Assembly: GCA_051362555.1 (NCBI GenBank)
Contig: CM120649.1
Span: 3,658,001 to 3,722,000, forward strand
DNA: 64,000 bases
Source: Lingula anatina
Lineage: Eukaryota > Animalia > Brachiopoda
Direction of reading: 5' to 3'
Both the position numbers and the translations under genes were made by a program. The notes below the pieces were generated by a model. It saw nothing but the letters and a program-made list of their open reading frames with translations. It ran no database searches and had not been told where the DNA came from. Positions 39,701 to 51,141 of the stretch are shown one piece after another. How positions within the stretch are numbered: position 1 is the stretch's first letter; every line of letters begins with the position of its first letter.

Positions 39701-42700
39701 TTCAACATAAAGTTTAATGCTCATTGGGTGCCTGTCATGTTTTGAACCAATATCACAGTGGCACATCTTTATTTCTCTCTCTCTCTCTCTCCTTCAGGGA
39801 TGGAGGACTGACCAAAGCCCCCTCGGACACTCTAAGGCAGATAGCCAGGCTGGGGGAGATGTACCAGGAACCTGCTTATGACAGCTCTATTGCAGCCTTC
39901 TTTACTGCTGGTGTCCCTGCTCCAAAAGAGCCGTTCAAAGAAAAAGTGATCATCCCGTCAAAGGATAAGAAGAATCTCTCGGAAAAGAGGCCTGGATCTG
40001 CAGCCTCATCGAGACCACAGTCCGCCAAAGTTAGCAATAGATGTGAGTGTTGATGTGGATGTGTTTTGTGTGATACCTTATGTGGTAGCACATCTTTTTA
40101 AAACATTTTTTATTGATTATTGTCTTTAAACTTAAAGACATGTTCTTATCATTTGATGAATTTTAATTTTTTAGGAAATTGTATTATATACCTGTAAAGT
40201 GTATTGAAATATAAGAACTTATTTTTATAAAGTATAATTTTATAAAATTGTTTAAAACTGAAATGAAGTATTTTTGTTGTGGAAAAATATTATATTATAT
40301 TATATTATATTATATTATATTATATTATATTATATTATATTATATTATATTATATTATATTATATTATATTATATTATAACATATAAAGCAATGAAATAA
40401 ATGTAATAGACTTCACATAATCTAAGATCCCCAGTACATTTTAATATTTCAAATCTTCAATGTATTTGCAGTATACCAGATGGCGCCCAGATCATGGCGC
40501 CCTGACAGCAGTTTAGGAGACAACGTCCCTGATGAGGATGTCAAGAAATATGTCCTGGAGTTTGACAGCAGTAAATATTTGCAAGATCCCATTGAACCTG
40601 AAGTGGAAACGGTTTCTTTTTCACTCAGTTCAACACCAGTAGATGGAGCTAGTGTGCAGTAAGTAAAACCGCGAAAACGTATAAAGTGAAAGAATGTAGT
40701 TTGTCATTGAGATTGAGACAAGTATTTTGGTCAAGTCATCAGATTCTAGATGTAACATTTCATTTTTGTTGTATCATATTTCTTCATTTCTTTTAAGTTA
40801 TTAATAAATTTATCGCTATTTTTAATCTTTATTTCTATTTATTATTTTTTTCTTTTTGTAATTTTTTAAAATGTACTGATTCTAAATGAAAATTCACTAG
40901 TTTTCAGTCATTTTCAGAATAGTGATTGAATAAATTTATAAGTAGACACAGCTCTTATAAAATGAATTATTGTCATATGAATACTGGTATAAAAATGATC
41001 CAAGTCTCTTTTACATTTCTAGACATTTCTCGGTAAGGAAGGAAAGCAGCAACCAAAGACAGGTCCCCACCGTGTCCTCAGCTACAAGAAGTTTATCACA
41101 GCTAGGCAGAAGAAGTAAAACCTCAATAGATATTGACACGAAGAGACAGAAAACACCTGTTTCTAGACCTCAGACAGCTAGCGGGAGAGTGTCTAGAGCT
41201 ATTGGTGAGTTTGAGAAAGGAATTAGATTTCTTCTTACATGGGGTGGTTTGCTTAACTGGACCAGTCAACGTAGAGAGAAGACATGTTTACAGTTAATAA
41301 GCAGAAAACAAAGAATTTTGTTTTTAGACAAGAAATGTGTTTGTTTTATTTTTATCATTATTTCATATATGTAAGGTATCTTGTCCAGGTGTCGTACAGT
41401 GACAGACTGTATGGTATCTGTATATCTGCCAGCATTGCTGTCTAGTTTTTATATATGGATAAAATGTCACACAAGTTCTTTACTCAATTGTGTTCTGTTC
41501 AGTTATATTTCCCAGTGGTAGATGGAGATGACTTCTCCAGGTATGACACAGTGAAAAAAAACTGGTTGGTGTCTGTTTATTTGCAAGCTTTGCTGTCTAG
41601 TTTTATATAACCTTGTTTACAAAATATTATGCAAGTTTTTAACCTGGCTGTGTTCTGTATTTCCCAGTGGTAGATGGAGATGACCTGTCCAGGTATGACA
41701 CAGTGGCAGAGAGTATGGAACAGAGTGCGGAAGACACGGAGACTCTTGGACAGCTGGAGTGGGAGCTGGCATCACAGGAGGGGAGACTTACAGGTGTGTA
41801 TGTGTGTGTATGTGTGAGTGTGTGTGTGCAAGAAAGAAAAATAGAGAATGTTTGTGCGTGTGTGTTTGTGTATATATATGTGTGTGTGTGTGTATGTGCA
41901 AAAGGAAAAAAATTGAAAGAATGTGTGTTTGTATGTGTGCGAGAAAAAGAGTGCGGGAGAGTGTTTGAATGTGCATGCATGTGTGTGTATGTGTGTGTCC
42001 ATGCAGGAATGCCTGCATGCCTGTATGCATTTTTTCCCATGGAAATGATCATGAGAAAAGATAGTTAGATGTAAATCTCTGGAAATTTCACTTGTTATTT
42101 CAACATACACATGTAATACCTAACATATTAAGCTATTTCAATATACCAGATACACATGTAATACCTAACATATATTTCATACTTTCTGTTAATTGTACTA
42201 ATCCAGAAGATGGAAAGGTGTCAAGGATGAGCCTGCTAGATGAGGAGATGGATGTTGGTGATGGGGGTGACGACCAGGACATCCAGGGACGGCTGTCAGC
42301 GCTCAGTAACCATGGCGATGGCTATGACATCAGCAGAGAACTGAGGTATTGAAAAATATTTGTCAGGGCTAATATTCATCCTAAAGCATATTTATATTTT
42401 CCAAGCCCAAAGATCAATGAATATTTAGTTGTATTCAAGGAAAATCTTTATGAATCTTTTGGCTAGCCAGATTTTACCAATTTACCTCTAGGCGGTATTG
42501 TAAATGTTTTGTTTATGTACAAATTAGACTGGGTTCCCATAATTCTATCATACTAGCAGGATTGATCTTACTCCGGGAGGATTCTTGCTAAATTTCGTTC
42601 AGTTTAAGGGTCTTGAATGTCTGTCACACACACTGAACCTGCTAGGGGAGGTAATTACTATTGTGCATGCTTAAACTAAATGCAATTTTGAGTTCAGAGT

Positions 42701-42901
42701 CACTTTTAAAATGGAGACAGAGACTAGTAAATACCATTCGTGACAGTAAAAATGTAAAGCTTGTTACTAGTATATTGATGTACATCCTGATTTAACAAAA
42801 ACTGTCAATTTTTTAACTCCAGAGAGGAGGAGCTGATGGATGACTTTGAGGAAATGGAGAGGACAATAATGGCAGAGGAGGAAGTGAAAGCTCTCACATA
42901 G
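20898..42901 (+). CDS. ZBBX: ZBBX-like (zinc finger B-box domain-containing protein 1), 3' portion; join(20898-21324,37431-37661,38036-38157,39012-39514,39798-40042,40472-40658,41023-41204,41668-41793,42207-42345,42823-42901), 746 aa + stop
   Basis: All introns are GT-AG with matching phases and the total of 2241 nt is divisible by 3. Motifs LLxGSYDEEAxAxxFQxALxEWR and VEFxxxxxSYAEKLLLKKHRRT match my recollection of ZBBX ([34 protein letters not shown]). B-box exons not seen in the window. Confidence 0.8.
28635..28770 (+). repeat. 21-bp tandem repeat x6.5 (cagttaccgcaactcaacaat) in the left foldback arm
   Basis: Copies start at 28635, 28656, 28677, 28698, 28719, 28740 and 28761; no spacers. 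Confidence 0.95.
29182..30636. mobile_element. Inner inverted-repeat element with arrays of a 16-bp subterminal repeat (gatactcccccgcacc)
   Basis: ggttacatgcctatacgtccccgcaccaatactcccccgcaccgatact (29184-) vs gggggagtatcggtgcgggggagtatcggcatgacccc (-30636); flanks tagaat/ttgaat. Confidence 0.75.
30887..31041. mobile_element. ~155-bp hairpin MITE
   Basis: attccgcacattatgcgagta(ggccta)catgtggttcat vs atgaaccacatgtactcgcataatatgcggaat. Confidence 0.7.
32076..32735. repeat. Local direct duplication (~32076-32300 and ~32484-32735) flanking a copy of the foldback empty site
   Basis: ttactaattggttgattgattgatg...gataatgaaa is present twice. Confidence 0.85.
35219..35440. repeat. ~80-bp diverged tandem repeat x~3
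   Basis: tctccaagaatgc...gaggtct.tg...acatcagatct..gttaga..aggaaaatgtgaa recurs at ~35221, 35300 and 35380. Confidence 0.8.
37431..37661 (+). CDS. ZBBX: ZBBX-like exon (SYAEKLLLKKHRRT)
   Basis: cttccag|CAGTC (NAGNAG) ... GAAG|gttatt. Confidence 0.85.
38036..38157 (+). CDS. ZBBX: ZBBX-like exon (EINQGDRVNFQALFDAVKPF...), absent from the ORF track
   Basis: ctgtag|AGATA ... ATGCCA|gtaagt; bridges phase 1 to phase 0. Confidence 0.8.
38181..38397. mobile_element. PIF/Harbinger-type MITE, TAA TSD; related fragment at ~19245-19325
   Basis: cacaatgaatctattgtac / gtacaatagattctttgtg inverted ends; taa at 38178-38180 and 38398-38400. Confidence 0.65.
38401..38626 (-). mobile_element. PIF/Harbinger-type MITE, TAA TSD; inverted paralog at 45945-46350
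   Basis: taa|caccccatttcca...tgggaaagcaccc|taa; near-identical reverse complement at 45945-46350. Confidence 0.8.
39012..39514 (+). CDS. ZBBX: ZBBX-like exon (S/K/R-rich low complexity)
   Basis: ttcag|ATGAAC ... CATGG|gtaagt. Confidence 0.85.
39798..40042 (+). CDS. ZBBX: ZBBX-like exon
   Basis: ccttcag|GGATGG ... AGAT|gtgagt. Confidence 0.85.
40289..40378. repeat. (TATAT)n pentanucleotide microsatellite
   Basis: Direct reading. Confidence 0.95.
40472..40658 (+). CDS. ZBBX: ZBBX-like exon (YQMAPRSWRPDSSL)
   Basis: tttgcag|TATAC ... GTGCA|gtaagt. Confidence 0.85.
41023..41204 (+). CDS. ZBBX: ZBBX-like exon
   Basis: tttctag|ACATT ... ATTG|gtgagt. Confidence 0.8.
41668..41793 (+). CDS. ZBBX: ZBBX-like exon (EDTETLGQLEWELAS)
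   Basis: ttcccag|TGGTA ... ACAG|gtgtgt. Confidence 0.85.
42207..42345 (+). CDS. ZBBX: ZBBX-like exon
   Basis: atccag|AAGAT (NAGNAG) ... CTGAG|gtattg. Confidence 0.8.
42823..42901 (+). CDS. ZBBX: ZBBX-like terminal coding exon (EEELMDDFEEMERTIMAEEEVKALT*)
   Basis: ctccag|AGAGG ... TAG. Confidence 0.8.
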
Positions 42902-44699
42902 ATGTTTGGGAGAAACTCTCCGAGGGACTGCCTCATTTTAAAACAATCTGCCTCAGTCTGAGACAATATAGATTTGGCATCAGAAAAGTTAAAGAAGTTG
43001 TAAAAGAAGTTTTTTTTAAGATACTAGTCCAATCGTACTAGTGGATAATTTAGAAATTATTTTAGATTGTTGCTTTTTTATTATATATTGTTATATTCAA
43101 AAGAGTGAATTTTGATTTCAACTAGTTGTTGAAGACCTTCTAGGCAGTGTGGCTGGTGCAGTGATGAGTTTGAGACACACTGTTGAATTGCGAATATTAA
43201 CATTATACAATGGTTCTTTTGATTGAGTTACTCATTCAGGAAGATGTGTTTCATACCAAATATGATAAGTGATATAGTTAATTGAAAAGTACAATTGTAG
43301 ATGTTCACGGTTGTTGTCCGTTTGGTTCTACTGTAAGTACCTTTATTGTCTCTTCTATTTTAAGCATCACAGAGAAATGACCGCTTCCCTATTGAATTAT
43401 CGAGTGTCTTATATAAGTTTTTAGATCCGTAAATAGTAAAAAAATATTTGAATAGATGAACATTTTAATGTTCATAAAAATCTTTAGGATAATAACCTGG
43501 TACAACTGCATCACATTTACTGTATATTATGTGAAGATCAAATCAAAAAATGTTACAAACCAAAAAATATTACTGCAACTGGTCTTTTGACTCATTTCCA
43601 AACATTATTTTATTATAAAGTGGGGGAAAAAACAAATATCCTTTGCAATGCTGCATACATACATTTATGAGAATAAAATATGGCACTTAATTAGATCATT
43701 TCAATACTGGTGTATCGAATAAATTAATACTAATTGAAATTGCCATACTTACAATTAGATGATGAAGTTATGCCAGTAAACAAAAAGAAGTGGCAATCAA
43801 ATATTGGTAGCTGAGAGATATATTAATGATTATATTAGTTTGACAGCTGTGGAGGAAAGTATATAGGAGTTAAATTTAAAATGTCTTGGGTGTTTCTCTG
43901 CATTATTTAAAGATTCAGACATTCCAAAACCTAGCTTCTTCAGGTTAAATGACAGCTGTCATGTATTAAATTAGTACTTACAATTAATATTTACTTTATG
44001 TTACAATACCTAATGTTTGACTGCCAAATATTTAAGTTATATTTTTTTCTTTTTGTAAGAAAAATCTGTTTCGGACATAGTTTTTTAAGCTCAATGTTTA
44101 ACATGATAATCTATATGATCTAAGATTGATAAGTAAAAAACTGAAAGTGTTGTAGTTATTGTGATACTAGTAGATCTTGAATATTTTGTTGAACTTTTCA
44201 CTAAATATTCATGGACAACTTTATTTTAATTTTGATGTTTATTGTATTGGAAGTGCTTGTAATATCCGTCCAGAATTATTTTTATTAAGTGTTAGTGCTT
44301 TTTTTTTCTTTGTAATTTTACCATGGCAGACCCGTCCAGTTGTGTGAAAAGAACCTACTTGTAAAAGTGTTGAATTTTTAAAAATTAAGTGAAATATTTT
44401 GCATACGAGCAAAAGATTGAACTGAATTACAACTCCTAAAACTCTTTTTTGAGTTTTATGTTTATTATTTTTGCCCATTCTGGTTACATTCATTTTTTCA
44501 TAAAGATTTCTTGATGTGTTTTATTTGAATAAGATGAAATAAAAAACATTATGAATTTGAATATTTGTATATTTAGACTTTATTGTTTTTTCCCTATGGA
44601 AAAAAAATGGATTGAAAAGGCATGCCATGCTAGTAAGGGATGAAGCTGTCTATGTTTATTATCTGTTTAAATAAGCGTCTTTGAAAAACCCTTTCATAT

Positions 44700-45741
44700 C
44701 AGCAAAATTTGATCACTTGCATATACATTTTTCATTCCGGTTCCACAAAAAACTGATTCATTTGTGATATTTAAAGTGTGATTCTAGGAAATTGGACACA
44801 ATATTGAATAAAATATATGGCAAAAATATTCATTAATGACATGAATTATGTGATATGAGTTGGTCACATACTTTACATGAATGTGTAGTGCATGTGCTTA
44901 TTGTTGCCTCTTATAGTTGGCAGTGTACTGGCTACTGCACATAAACATTTGGATATTTTGAGAAAAAAATTCTTATCACAGATCTGACATTTAAATGATT
45001 TTTCTCCAGTGTGAGATTGTTGTGTTGTAAACAATTCCGTTTACTACTGAATATCTTCTCACAATGCTGGCATATGAATTTCACTGTATTTTCTTCGGTG
45101 TGGGTCATTTCATGGACTTAACATGCTTGCTTGCGACTGTATCTCTTTTCACAGTGCTGACACTGAAACTTTTCCCCAGTGTGTACCCTCTCATGAAGTT
45201 TGCATCTAAATTTTGTAATAAATTTCTTTTCGCAGAACTGGCATTTAAATTTTTTTTCCTGTGTGAACCATTTCATGCAGCACATATTCTTGTTTTTTAG
45301 AGAACCTCTTTTCGCAGTACTGACAATAAAATGGTTTTTCTCTGGTATGTGTCATGTGATGCTGTTTACAATCTTTTCTTGCATAAAATCTCTTTTCACA
45401 GTGATGACATTTGAATGGTTGTTCTCCAGTGTGAGTCCTCTCGTGGTTATTACAATTATGTCTTGTAGTGAATTTTTTCTCACAGTTCTGGCATTTGACT
45501 CTTTTTTTTTTTCTTCTGTGAGCCCTTTCACGGATCAATCTTTGGTCTCCTTCATTTGATTGTCTGTCATTGCTCTGGCTTTTATGTGGATTATTTCCAT
45601 CTGTAGCACTACTGCAACTGTCAGCGCATTTTTGTCACAATACTGGCAACTGCTCATCTTCTGTTCCTGCCCCTCCATGACAGCCGTTCCTTCAGATTCA
45701 CTTCTAAATAAAATCAAAATACCGTCTTCCCACTGTATCAA
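44700..45741 (-). pseudogene. Decayed tandem C2H2 zinc-finger gene (>=7 fingers)
   Basis: CQNCEKKF..HERTHTGEQPFKCHHCEKRF..HTREKPFYCQYC..; frameshifts at ~45250 (A-run) and ~45020; in-frame TAA at 45118-45120; further degenerate CxxC remnants toward ~44700. Confidence 0.8.
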
Positions 45742-45944
45742 ATTATTATGAGGGTATATTGCTTATAATTGGCACATACCAGTGTGGGCTACATAGATAT
45801 ATTATGTCATGGACATAAACCCTATAAATGCCAAACGCCTGAGCCTGACTTAAGGCGGCTGATACTGTATGAATGGATCGGAGTCTCGACCTCTAATAAC
45901 GTCAGTGATCATCTTAAGATTTCCAACTTGTATTAAAACAGTAA

Positions 45945-46350
45945 GGGTGTATTCCCAGAGATTTAGATCGATCCAGGGATTAAGATTTAGATCGACCTAA
46001 CTCCCTGGGGGTTCACACTAAATTGCAGTCAGCCGAGTGCGCACCATAGTCAGGCCCGTTGCCAGGGGGGGTTCGGGGGGGGGTTCGAAAGAACCCCCCT
46101 TTTTTGCTGGAAAAAGGTCCACTAAATTTGACCTACAGGTAGGTACATGGGGATTATATGGTAAAAGGTCCACTTTTTCAGGAAAAGACCCCCCCCCCCC
46201 CTTTGAAATTGCTGGCTACGGGCCTGATAGTTAATTACCCCCTTACAGCTTTCAGCAGGCGGGACAGACGCTTAAGCCGGCTAAGCTGGCAGTAATCAAG
46301 TGAGACTCCCCACAGGGATAGATCGATTTAAAACCTATGGAAATGGGGTC
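45945..46350 (+). mobile_element. PIF/Harbinger-type MITE (paralog of 38401-38626) carrying a nested MITE
   Basis: taa|gggtgtattcccagag...ggaaatggggtc|taa. Confidence 0.8.
46051..46226. mobile_element. Nested CAGGCCCGT...ACGGGCCTG MITE with 5-bp TSD ATAGT
   Basis: ATAGT at 46046-46050 and 46227-46231; the paralog at ~38512-38530 has a single ATAGT (empty site). Confidence 0.9.
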
Positions 46351-46524
46351 TAACAGTCAGCTGGTGTTTCTCACTACGCCAGGTTGCATGGTACTCACCA
46401 CTTTACCTAATATAGAAGGCCTCAGGCTAAGTTTAACAAAAACTTTGAAAAACTAAACTCTTCCGATACTTATGATTTTTATGTTTTAGGCCTAATTTTG
46501 TTTCTTGAGACAGAAATAGTTACA

Positions 46525-46721
46525 CAGAGGCGGATCCAGGATTATTTGAAGGGGGGGTCCTCAGATGCGAAGCCGACCTCCCACCCCTACTCCCACCTCA
46601 CCCTTGGTATTTCATAGGTTTAGAACTCTAATTCAGCTAGTCAAAATTCTAATTTTAAGAGAGGACCATCAGTGTGATTTTTTTCAGGACCCCCCCCCCC
46701 CCCCCCCCATATCTGCCACTG
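46525..46721. mobile_element. CAGAGGCGGATCCAGG...ATCTGCCACTG MITE
   Basis: Same TIR family as 48200 and 6959; TSD not preserved. Confidence 0.7.
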
Positions 46722-48079
46722 TATATTCAGTACATGCTTGGACATAATCTTTACCAGAAGATGTCTCATTGGTGTACAAGCATATGCAAATATTTCCGCT
46801 GGACAAAGTACAGAAAAGTACACAAAATTAGCCAGAGACATATCTGTGAATATTAGGCCTATGTGAAAAAGTAAAATATGGCTCCGGCGGGTTGTACAGA
46901 GTAGCTTAGACGCACCTGTATATTCAAGTATTGATTTGGTGGTGTTCAAACAGAAAACCGAATTAAAGTGAGTAAACCCTTGTGACATGTGACACTTTTG
47001 TTATTGTCTCCGTGGCTTATAGATACACTGTATGTAAAAGACTGAGCCGGATATTCAAGTCAAATACCATATAGGCCTACCTACTATATAAATATAATAA
47101 CCAAGTAAGCAAGAGAAGAGTTATTCAATAGAAGAAGAAGAAGAAAGAAGGAAGGAAGGAAAGTGAGCGGTTCGACACAAGTATGGGTCAGTTATTTATT
47201 CGGGACAAGTTCATTATGGTCAGTACCTATATATATATTGCAAATGACTGAGTGTCTCTTTGTGAGTGAGTGAGTGAGTGAGTGAGAGAGTGAGTGTGAC
47301 TTTTATTTAGTTATTTATCAATTTTGTATTTTTTGTTGAGATCTGTACTTTTTTGAGATATGCAATAAAAAAAAATAAAAAAAAAGTTCATTATGGTCTA
47401 AGCAAGGAGTTTTATACATATGTGCAGAAAATAGCTAGGACTTCTGCGAGGCTTTCTGGTTAGAACCTGAATTACTTGTAAAAGTGCCGGTTTAAAAATG
47501 CCCTAAAGTCGTATCTTTATCTTGCAAAGTTTGTCTTTCTATTCAGACCTTTTGAAAAAAGGAGAAACCTCTTTTATGAAAGATTATCTGAAGCTTACCA
47601 AAATTTAATCCCACAAAGAGGACGAGATACCTGTAAAATACATCCGATCGGGCATTATGGGCCAAAGTGAATTTTCGTCGAGAATATCACAGCCTGACCT
47701 GTCTCTGCACTTGGATTCTAATTTTAAAAGCTTAAAAGCAGGAAATGTCTATATCACCCCCCCCCCCCCCATGCAATGTATTACATAAAATAATCTGTTT
47801 TCTTCGCCATAGTTGCACGTGTCACAAAAAAATCATTCAACAAACCTGAATGAAAAAAATGAACTAGTAAAAGGTGCAAAATGTTGTTCCCTACATGGCG
47901 GACACAGATTTTTTTCTTATCAGCACACACATACACACATACACACACACACACACACGGAGAGAGAGAGAGAGAGAGATTAATAAAAATGTCAACCATT
48001 AAATTCACTGCTAAGACAGCTTCCCAAGTCTACATGTACATGTATATGCTTCCCGTTATAGCAATTTATGCCCGAAAGA

Positions 48080-48120
<41 letters not shown>

Positions 48121-48199
48121 TGCTTCACTACAGATTAATTGAAATATTCGTCTCTGTGGCACAGCTAGGAAAGCTTTAGGACGTGGTACAGTGTTTCAC

Positions 48200-48318
48200 C
48201 AGGGGGCGGATCCAGGATTCTAATTTCAAGAGGGAAATATTGATGTAATATATTTTTCAGAAACCGAAGGGGGGGGGGGGGTCAGGACCCCCCTGACTCC
48301 TCTCTAAATCCGCCACTG
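48200..48318. mobile_element. CAGGGGGCGGATCCAGG...AATCCGCCACTG MITE, 5-bp TSD TTCAC
   Basis: TTCAC at 48195-48199 and 48319-48323. Confidence 0.85.
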
Positions 48319-49043
48319 TTCACTGCAAGTACACCTGTAAGAAAATGAAAAAGGTAAATAAAGATGAATAATCAGATTAGCGAGCAATGAATGGGTAAAT
48401 GGATGCTCAGACAAATCGATTGATAAAATATTTAATAAACAACAACATTAATAAAGCAGTTAATTAAGCTGAAAATTCTTCACGAAATATAATCCACGGT
48501 AAATACTGCACCCCAGAGTTTGTATAGGAGGGGGTCATATTTGTGGTGGGTATTGTGGGTATCTCTTTACATTCCCTTAAGCAGAAGTTAGAAAATTGTT
48601 TGTACACTGGACCCAAGCATACAGGGGTATAGTGTTAACCCCAATACAACACAACCAGCGGGTCAATAAGTTAAGTGGTAGTTAATAGAGGAAGAAGCGG
48701 TGTGTAGTCACTGTGTATTTCATTGAACATACAGGTTAATATACAGGTAACTCGTGGTGTACAGGATATATGACAGTGATTTGACCGCTCAGGCGCTGAT
48801 CGAGAGAATGCATGGACGCTTGGTAGAGTGGGGGAGAGTCGTCTTGTAACGGCTGTAGTTTACGGTGTACCCTTAACCAGGGTCGCAGTTATTATTCTGT
48901 GGACACATTTGCTGAGGCACAGCACAGAGATTAGTCAGCTATTTAACCGGCGACATATATCTGTTAATATCTAGTGAAAAATCAATCTGTAGCCCTGGTA
49001 GAGGGTAGTTGCGGTCCCTGGTCCATATTGGGAGGAGGACTAA

Positions 49044-49290
49044 GGCTTCGTTCACATGCAATGTCTATTTTCTAAATTCTATTTTCTATTCGCGCTATCT
49101 TATGATCACGGTCTGTGCCCGCCGCGTAATTACTGGCAGCGCGAGCCAGTTACTTATAGTAACTTATAGTAACTGGCTCGCGCTGCCAGTAATTACGCGG
49201 CGGGATATTCAGGGCACAGACTGTGATCATAAGACATACCGCAAATAGAAAATAGAATTTAGAAAATAGACATTGCATGTGAACGAAGCC
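49044..49290. mobile_element. Near-perfect 247-bp palindromic MITE, GGCTTCGTTCACATGC TIR, TAA TSD (PIF/Harbinger-type)
   Basis: Arms pair along almost the whole length, centre acttatagt x2; taa on both sides. Confidence 0.9.
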
Positions 49291-50876
49291 TAAGAAGTGG
49301 AATGCGTTCTAAGTTGGTCAGTGGCGTGAATGGACGAGGTGGTCAGATTTGAAAGATAGGCTAGGAGTGAATTGATTTGGAAAACATCCCATTTGATGAC
49401 TTGGGTACGTTATTAATAAGCATTAAGATTTGCTTTGGGTGGGTTAGTGTACTTGCGAATACTTTTAAAGATGGGGCGATTTTAGCATGTAAAGATGTAT
49501 GTAGATATACCGCGCTGACAGTGATTTATTTAGACATTTATACGACTCTTTCCAAATATATATTTAAAAAAAAAAAAGATTCAAATTGACTGGTTTGTTC
49601 ATTAAAGTTACTTGTACTCTTTACATGATTTGCCTGCCAAAATCAATTTCCTTCGGGGTAAAAAGCGATTTTCTCCTACTTGCGATTCATTCATTGCTCG
49701 AGCCGTCCCTGTAGTTGAATTCGATGTTTTGTTCCATTTCTAATTTAATGGTCACGATTCAGTTCTACATGACTGAGTGGCCAGACTTCCTGGTACATTT
49801 TAGAAGGAATTGTGGAAGTCAGGTACTTTTATTTGAAGGGTTTATAGATTTTAAAGATCTGAATTGGGAAATTTAAGTAGCTTTGTAGGATATGCAGGAT
49901 ATGTAGACAGAGAAAACTGTTTTGGATTATTTTCAAACGCGCATTATATGCCTTTATTAACCATCGATCGTTTCTTCTTTTAGCCTGTGACCCTTTGGGA
50001 GATCGAATAACCGCCCACAGTGTGGATTTCATCATTTTTCAATGTGACGCTAGGCAAGAAAAGAGGACACCCTCGTGGATAAAGTTGGAGACCTTTTTAA
50101 AACGAGCGCCTGGACAAGTATGTGGCCATAATAAAAGGACCGGGATTTCTGTGGTAGCCGTTTAATCTGCAAATATATTGGCAGGACTTACAAGCTCTTT
50201 GGGTGGAGCGCTAAAACACCTAGGAAGTGACCCCTTAAAAGCCCATCGGGCGTCCACTGTATTACGTAATCAACTTAACTTCTCAAAAGCATTATTACCT
50301 ACTTCGTTCGCGACACGCCTTTCATTGTGCGTTTGGGGAACACCTTTTGAAAATCTCCAATCCGTGAATCGATTATAATTATCGCTGATACACAGGCAAA
50401 CGCCATTGTCCACGCACGTCTTTTCTTCTACGGATTCACTGAAATAACGTTACCGCCCTGGTGTAGAATTTCTCATATACACTGCAGTTGAATAAGAAAC
50501 CTGAGATGCTCAAAGATGTTATGATTGAAAAGACATGCTGGTGTCCAACAATTGCCTGCGACAAGATGACAATTTTCACTGGACTGTACAATTAACTTAC
50601 CCGTCAATGCTAGAGGTAAACGCGCCGTCACCTGCAAAAGTTGAGAGCTACCCGGATGTTTAGAGCACCGCCAGAATGATTTACGAAAGTCAATTTTTCC
50701 AGTGAGTTTAATCCACATATACATTTTAACTAAGATGCAGGCATAAAAAATACAGACAGCATTGAGAGAAGATAAATATACAGTGGAAAATCTACGAATC
50801 TACCGGATAATGTGAACTTTTCGCTTTTAAAATTATTTGCTAATTTATTCGCTATTTTAACTGATAAATTACCAAC

Positions 50877-51141
50877 ATGGATTCAGTCAATGTCTCCCGA
50901 CGCGGAACGAGAGTGTCACAAAACTGCATGTTTATCGTTGTGTACTGTCTTCTGGGGGTCCAGTTACTTCTGACCATGCTGTACTTATCTCGCCCATCGG
51001 AAGTACAGCTACAGAAGAACCCACCTTGTATCTGCAAGAACATCAACTCGCGCGTTGGTTTCGATTACGAGGACAACCAGAGTGTGTTGAAAGCCAGGAA
51101 AAAGTTGGAGGAAGACTGCCAAGAACATCCCAATACTTTAG
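50877..51141 (+). CDS. B4GALT: GT7 exon 1 (TM/stem)
   Basis: aacATGG ... TTAG|gtgaga. Confidence 0.85.

Noticed and set aside
49602-50729. Possible TTAA-flanked (Kolobok-like) element upstream of the GT7 gene
   Set aside because: Terminal inverted similarity is too weak to support by eye; the GC-richer sequence could simply be promoter.
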